Shown in pieces: positions 58,355 to 64,000 of a DNA stretch of 64,000 nt. Location: the NCBI GenBank assembly GCA_965216465.1, contig CBDCFW010000003.1:288001-352000 (forward strand), in the 5' to 3' direction. The position numbers were made by a program, and so were the translations under genes. Each line of letters begins with the position of its first letter. Position 1 is the stretch's first letter. The stretch comes from Bacteroidia bacterium. GTDB lineage: Bacteria; Bacteroidota; Bacteroidia; NS11-12g; UBA9320. The notes beneath the pieces are model-generated. The model was not told where the DNA came from, searched no databases, and worked only from the letters and a program-made list of their open reading frames with translations.

Positions 58355-61273
58355 TTAGTATCCGAACAACTCTTCTAGGCTAATGGTTTTAACATTTCCA
58401 TATGCTGCAAGTGCTTCAAGGTCGATGTTCTCTTTTGAGGCAACCAGTGCATATTGATAGGTGCCGTTAATTTTTTCTTTGTGAAACTTAACGACATCAT
58501 CCATAGTAATCTCATTCAGTCGTTGGGCCTTAGATATTCTCGGATCTTCAGTGTACCCTAGCTTCATTGCATTATCATAGTTGAAAAGCACCGACGTTTT
58601 AAGTACTCTACTTGTAGCCGCCTTTTGCTCTAAAGCACTCTTACCGTTATTAAACTTGCCTTCATCAACAGGCATTGTTGTGAGTAACTCAGTCATTGCA
58701 GCCATACCATCCATTAATTTATCCGCCTGTGTTCCTACATATGCCATTACAACATTGTTGTCGCCAAGTTTTGAAGCTTGAGCATAGTAGCCATATGTTG
58801 AATAGGCCAAGGCTTTAGATTCTCTAATTTCTTGGAATACAATGCTGCTCATTCCTCCTCCAAAATACTCATTAAACATCGACACATCCGCTGATTCTTT
58901 AGTATTGAGCTCATTTGATTTCATTAACCACATAATTTCAGCCTGAACCATATCGTAGTGAGCAAAGTACACTGTACTTTCACTTGGATCTTGCATCTCA
59001 AATGTCTTCAACTTAGGTGTTTCAATAAATGTTTTTGGATTAGGATGATATTGCTTTAAGCACTTATTCAACGTTTTAACGCTCAAAGGCCCGCTGTACC
59101 AGATTTTGTGCTGGTAGAAGTTTAAATTGTGAATATAATCAGTAAGCGTTGATGCTTGAATGCTTGATAACTCATCATTTGACAATATATAGTTTGATGG
59201 ATTATTTGGCCCATACAATGCATAAGTACGCAGCTTATTCATAATTCTCCCTTTGCTAAGCTTAGCATCTTCGCGAGATTTTAGCTTCTTGGCAATCATC
59301 TGGTCTAGCTTAGCTTGATCAGGTTTTGCATTCGCCAAAAGGTGTTCGAATAACTTCAATGCGTCCTCAAAACTGCTTGCTAGCCCATTGAGGTAAACAT
59401 AGCTTTGCTCTCGGTTGGTAGAAACACCAAAATTGCAAGCGAGCTTATAAAACTCTTTTGATATCTCATCAGGGCTGTATTCATCAGTTCCTAGATATTT
59501 AAGATACTCTACCGCTAATGCCAGTTTTTGATCATGGAAAGATCCAATGTCTAAAACATAATAGAGTGAGAACAGCTGCTCGTCTCCTTCTACAACCTTC
59601 CAAATTGGAATGTTTTTACCATAAGAACCGAACTCAATATCGTTGCTGTAATCAAGATATTGAGGCGTCATTGTTGTAGTTTCACGTGTTAAGATATCGT
59701 CAACAAAAGGTGATATCTTACCTCGGTTCACCTCAACTTTTGTTATCTCAGGCTTTTCAATTTTCACACTTTCTTCTTTGTCTCCTTTACGTTTGTATAC
59801 CACTATGTTGCCTGGTGTATAGTACCTGTTAGCAAAGTACATGATGTCTTTCTTACTATAAGTGAGCATGTTATCCAGCGACTTAAGATGATCCGACCAA
59901 TCAGTGGTCATGATAAATGCATCCATAAGTGCATATGCAGTTCCTTGATACGACTCATATTGTCTAATCTCGCTTACTTTCTGATTGAGTACAATGCTTT
60001 GCACAAGATTCATATCAAAATCACCCGTCTTAATCATTTCAATCTGCTCATAAAAGAGCTTTTCGAGATCTTCAAGGCTTTGCCCCTCAAGTGGACTTCC
60101 TCCAAAATAGTGTAAGCCTCTCTCTTTCAGTAACATTGGTGAACTATAAGCTCGTATACACTTTTGAGCTTTTACCATATTCAAATCAATTAAACCTGCT
60201 TTTGAATTGGAGAAAATCAAATCAACCAGGTATACCAAATCTGCATCTTTGTCTAATGCGTCAGGAACGCGATATCCCATAACAATTGATTCGGCACTCG
60301 GTCCTACCACTTCAATTTTATGCGAGGATAAGATTGCAGGATCCTCTTCAAAAGTTTGAACAGGAACTTCTTTTCGCTTCATGTAAGCAAACTTTTCTTT
60401 GATCCAAGCAAAAGTTTGAGTTGGATCAATATCTCCTGCCAAAATAATGGCCATGTTGTTTGGAACATAGTACGTGTTATAGTATTCTCTAATCTTATTC
60501 AGACTTGGGTTTTTCAGATGTTCGATTGTTCCAATCGTGGTCTGTCTTCCGTAGTTATGATTAGGGAAGCTTGCTTCAAATAGCGACTCATATACCTTAG
60601 AGTTGTCATTGTCTAACGAGCGATTTTTTTCTTCATACACAGCTTCTAACTCGGTATGAAATAAGCGAAGTATTGGGTTTCTAAAACGCTCAGCTTCAAT
60701 GTCTAACCACGTATTAATTTGGTTTGCTGGCACATCGTTAACATATACCGTACGCTCAAAACTGGTAAAGGCATTGGTTCCTTGTGCACCTATACCTTGT
60801 AACATTCTGTCGTATTCGTTGGCAATAGCAAACTTTGCTGCTTCCCCTGAAACGCTATCGATTAAATGATAAATATGCTTACGTTCTGCTTCATCTTTGG
60901 TAGAGTTATATTGTTCGTACAGTTCATCAACCTGCTTTAAAAGAACCTTCTCTTTCTCATAGTCTAAAGCTCCATATTTATCTGTTCCCTTGAACAGCAT
61001 ATGCTCTAAGTAATGTGCTAGTCCGGTATTTGAAGATGGATCACTACTGCTTCCCGCTTTCGTTGCAATGAGGGTCTGAACGCGCGGTTTGGTATGATTT
61101 GGTGCCAAAATTACGGTCAGGCCATTTTCCATGGTGTACCAACGTGAATTGGTGGGATCATTTGAATACGCTGTGTATTCATTTCCATTTTCATCTTTTT
61201 TTACTTCGGGAACTTGAGCAAACGCAGCAACACTGCATACGAAAGCCAATAAAATAATAAGTGATCTTTTCAA
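58355..61273 (-). CDS. M16 (insulinase) zinc protease
   Basis: GLAHYLEHMLFKG, signal peptide. Confidence 0.95.
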   Translation of the reverse strand: MKRSLIILLAFVCSVAAFAQVPEVKKDENGNEYTAYSNDPTNSRWYTMENGLTVILAPNHTKPRVQTLIATKAGSSSDPSSNTGLAHYLEHMLFKGTDKYGALDYEKEKVLLKQVDELYEQYNSTKDEAERKHIYHLIDSVSGEAAKFAIANEYDRMLQGIGAQGTNAFTSFERTVYVNDVPANQINTWLDIEAERFRNPILRLFHTELEAVYEEKNRSLDNDNSKVYESLFEASFPNHNYGRQTTIGTIEHLKNPSLNKIREYYNTYYVPNNMAIILAGDIDPTQTFAWIKEKFAYMKRKEVPVQTFEEDPAILSSHKIEVVGPSAESIVMGYRVPDALDKDADLVYLVDLIFSNSKAGLIDLNMVKAQKCIRAYSSPMLLKERGLHYFGGSPLEGQSLEDLEKLFYEQIEMIKTGDFDMNLVQSIVLNQKVSEIRQYESYQGTAYALMDAFIMTTDWSDHLKSLDNMLTYSKKDIMYFANRYYTPGNIVVYKRKGDKEESVKIEKPEITKVEVNRGKISPFVDDILTRETTTMTPQYLDYSNDIEFGSYGKNIPIWKVVEGDEQLFSLYYVLDIGSFHDQKLALAVEYLKYLGTDEYSPDEISKEFYKLACNFGVSTNREQSYVYLNGLASSFEDALKLFEHLLANAKPDQAKLDQMIAKKLKSREDAKLSKGRIMNKLRTYALYGPNNPSNYILSNDELSSIQASTLTDYIHNLNFYQHKIWYSGPLSVKTLNKCLKQYHPNPKTFIETPKLKTFEMQDPSESTVYFAHYDMVQAEIMWLMKSNELNTKESADVSMFNEYFGGGMSSIVFQEIRESKALAYSTYGYYAQASKLGDNNVVMAYVGTQADKLMDGMAAMTELLTTMPVDEGKFNNGKSALEQKAATSRVLKTSVLFNYDNAMKLGYTEDPRISKAQRLNEITMDDVVKFHKEKINGTYQYALVASKENIDLEALAAYGNVKTISLEELFGY

Positions 61274-61399
61274 AATAATTTCAATTTAGAGGCATCGAAT
61301 ATAGAAATATCTTCAGCTTTTACCTTCAATCTTAAAATATAGTTTAAAACTTAGCTAAAACTTTGGGTAAAAATCACGAAATTTGCAGCCCTAAAAGTT

Positions 61400-62722
61400 A
61401 TGGCAGAATACAAATTGATCATGCCCAAAATGGGTGAAAGTATAGCAGAAGCAACGATTATCTCTTGGTTGAAGAACGAAGGTGATGCAATTGAAATTGA
61501 CGAAGCTGTACTCGAGATTGCTACAGATAAGGTTGATAGTGAGGTTCCGAGTATGGAAGCCGGTGTTTTAACCAAAAAACTGTTTAATGAAGGAGATGTA
61601 GTTAAGGTCGGTGAGCCAGTTGCTTTGATTAGCACAGAAGGTGACGCACCAGTAGCTACTGAAGCTCCAGCAGCCGTTGAAGCTCCTCAAGAATCTCCTG
61701 TTGCTGCCGTAGAATCTACTATTTCTGCTGCTAAAGAAGTAGTAAGCACTCCACTTCCTACCAATGGAAGTTCTGACCGATTCTATTCTCCACTTGTGAT
61801 GAATATTGCCAGAACGGAAGGTATTCCAATGGCAGAATTAGAAGCAATTCCTGGAACAGGTAAAGATGGTCGAGTTACCAAAAGAGATATTCTTTCTTAC
61901 CTAGAAAATGGAAGAACACAAACTGCAGCGGCTCCTCAACCTCAGGTAGAAGCTAAGCCAGTTGCTAAACCAACTCCAGCACCAGCTGCTAGTCCAAGCG
62001 TTGATCTTAATCCAGGCGATGAGATCATTGAAATGGATCGTATGCGTAAGCTTATTGCCGATCACATGGTAATGAGTAAGCAAACTTCTCCTCACGTTAC
62101 TTCATTTGTTGAAGCAGATGTAACTAACTTAGTAAACTGGAGAAATAAGATTAAAGGTGAATTTAAAGCTAGAGAGGGCGAAAACTTTACCTTCACTCCT
62201 ATTTTTATTGAAGCTATTGTAAAAGCGATTAAAGACTTCCCGTTAATCAACGTTTCGGTTAGTGGAGATAAAATTATCAAGCATAAAGGCATAAATATTG
62301 GAATGGCTGCTGCTTTACCAAGCGGAAACCTAATTGTTCCTGTAATTAAAAACGCCGACTTTATGAACCTAACCGGTCTTGCAAAAACCGTTAACGACCT
62401 AGCTAACAGAGCACGAGCTAACCAATTGAAGCCAGATGAAATTCAAGGTGGAACGTATACTGTTACTAATGTAGGTACATTTGGAAACGTTTTAGGTACC
62501 CCTATCATTAACCAACCTCAAGTTGCAATTATGGCTATGGGTGCTATCGTTAAGAAGCCTGCAGTGATTGAAACTGAACACGGTGATATGATTGGTATTC
62601 GTCATAAAATGTTCTTATCGCACTCTTACGACCATAGAGTTGTTGATGGTGCTTTAGGAGGAATGTTTGTTCGTCGTGTTGCTGATTACCTTGAGCAATG
62701 GGATGTTAACCGCGAAGTTTAG
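61400..62722 (+). CDS. 2-oxo-acid dehydrogenase E2 (dihydrolipoamide acyltransferase)
   Basis: Lipoyl TDKV, GTG..GRVTK.D, DHRVVDG. Confidence 0.95.
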   Translation: MAEYKLIMPKMGESIAEATIISWLKNEGDAIEIDEAVLEIATDKVDSEVPSMEAGVLTKKLFNEGDVVKVGEPVALISTEGDAPVATEAPAAVEAPQESPVAAVESTISAAKEVVSTPLPTNGSSDRFYSPLVMNIARTEGIPMAELEAIPGTGKDGRVTKRDILSYLENGRTQTAAAPQPQVEAKPVAKPTPAPAASPSVDLNPGDEIIEMDRMRKLIADHMVMSKQTSPHVTSFVEADVTNLVNWRNKIKGEFKAREGENFTFTPIFIEAIVKAIKDFPLINVSVSGDKIIKHKGINIGMAAALPSGNLIVPVIKNADFMNLTGLAKTVNDLANRARANQLKPDEIQGGTYTVTNVGTFGNVLGTPIINQPQVAIMAMGAIVKKPAVIETEHGDMIGIRHKMFLSHSYDHRVVDGALGGMFVRRVADYLEQWDVNREV

Positions 62723-62776
62723 GGGGGTTAAGAGGGTTAAGAGGGTTAAGGAGTTCCTTGATATTTTTTTGAAACC

Positions 62777-63526
62777 ATGAAATCTGTTATTTTCATTCCA
62801 GCTCGACTTGAGTCTACTCGATTTCCAAACAAACCTTTGGCATTGATTAATGGCAAGCCTATGATTCAGTGGGTATACGAAGCCTGCGAAAAGAGTCAAG
62901 CCACTGAAGTATTTATTGTTACCGATAGCCAAGAAATAATTGATAAGGTCGAAGAATTTGACGGTCAGGCTATTCTAACCTCGGTAAATCCACAGAATGG
63001 AACAGAACGTTGTCAAGAAGCTATGGACATTCTTGAGTCTGAAGGCCAAGAATACGATGTAATTATTAACGTTCAAGGAGACGAACCGTTGGTATCTCCT
63101 CGCGATATAGATATCATTTTAGACCTCTTTGGTGAAGATGACATTGATGTGGCTACTTTGTTGAAGCCTATCACATCAGAAGAAGAATATCGCAATCCAA
63201 ACGTTGTAAAAGCCGTTCCAACGAGTTTCGAAGATGGATTCTGTGATGTGTGCTATTTCAGCAGATCTCCTATTCCACATATGGACAGTTTCATCCCGGA
63301 AATGGCATTTAAACACATCGGAATCTACGGCTTTACAGCTACTGCGTTTGAAGAAATCAGAAATATGCCCCCTACCAACTTAGAAGATGTAGAACGTTTG
63401 GAGCAGTTGAGATGGTTACAAAATCACATCGTTATTTCGGCAGCAGTCACTGAAACAAATCTTATTGGGGTTGATACACCAGAAGATTTGAAGCTTGTTG
63501 AAAATATCTTGAAATCGAAATCTTAA
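62777..63526 (+). CDS. kdsB: 3-deoxy-manno-octulosonate cytidylyltransferase
   Basis: IPAR..STRFP.KPL, NVQGDEP, LEQLR, VDTPEDL. Confidence 0.95.
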   Translation: MKSVIFIPARLESTRFPNKPLALINGKPMIQWVYEACEKSQATEVFIVTDSQEIIDKVEEFDGQAILTSVNPQNGTERCQEAMDILESEGQEYDVIINVQGDEPLVSPRDIDIILDLFGEDDIDVATLLKPITSEEEYRNPNVVKAVPTSFEDGFCDVCYFSRSPIPHMDSFIPEMAFKHIGIYGFTATAFEEIRNMPPTNLEDVERLEQLRWLQNHIVISAAVTETNLIGVDTPEDLKLVENILKSKS

Positions 63527-63633
63527 GAAGACTTCGCATACATTAAAAATTGGAGTACATTTGTATCCCGTACAGATACGGAAGGTCTTGGCTCGATTGG
63601 CTTAATTCTTTTCCCTTTTTTACACTTTTTTAA

Positions 63634-64000
<367 letters not shown>

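Noticed and set aside
62725-62750. gggttaaga tandem repeat (about 3 copies)
   Set aside because: Very short intergenic microrepeat with no supporting context.

Overview
AT-rich Bacteroidota chromosome, judged from T9SS C-terminal domain cargo, TAnnTTTG promoter motifs and split transketolase. Bases ~12.9-64 kb are ordinary housekeeping DNA: gyrA, prmC, ribD, pepD, slyD, tkt halves, pckA, uvrA, parE/parC, dnaN, kdsB and the start of pyrG. Bases 1-12612 are an accessory island of two related but diverged small phage-like elements in tandem. Each ends in a 28-bp XerCD dif-type site: 5215-5242 has a degenerate XerD arm and 12585-12612 has a near-canonical one. The complete element (7370 bp between sites) encodes a rolling-circle Rep, a beta-rich 245-aa candidate double-jelly-roll capsid protein, several small membrane proteins and a lysin. 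It has no integrase, terminase or packaging ATPase, so it is most simply read as an FLiP/phiCjT23-like ssDNA provirus that uses host XerCD. Comparing the two elements reveals shared cis-features. (i) An A9 slippery run would fuse a small transmembrane peptide to two unrelated lysins (GH108 versus M15A). (ii) There are exactly 44-bp-phased GATATCAAA arrays whose spacers are packed with short palindromes. (iii) A convergent antisense-RNA module uses direct repeats of the target 5' UTR. (iv) There is a conserved 23-bp non-coding motif. All family assignments come from reading motifs by eye; no searches were run.
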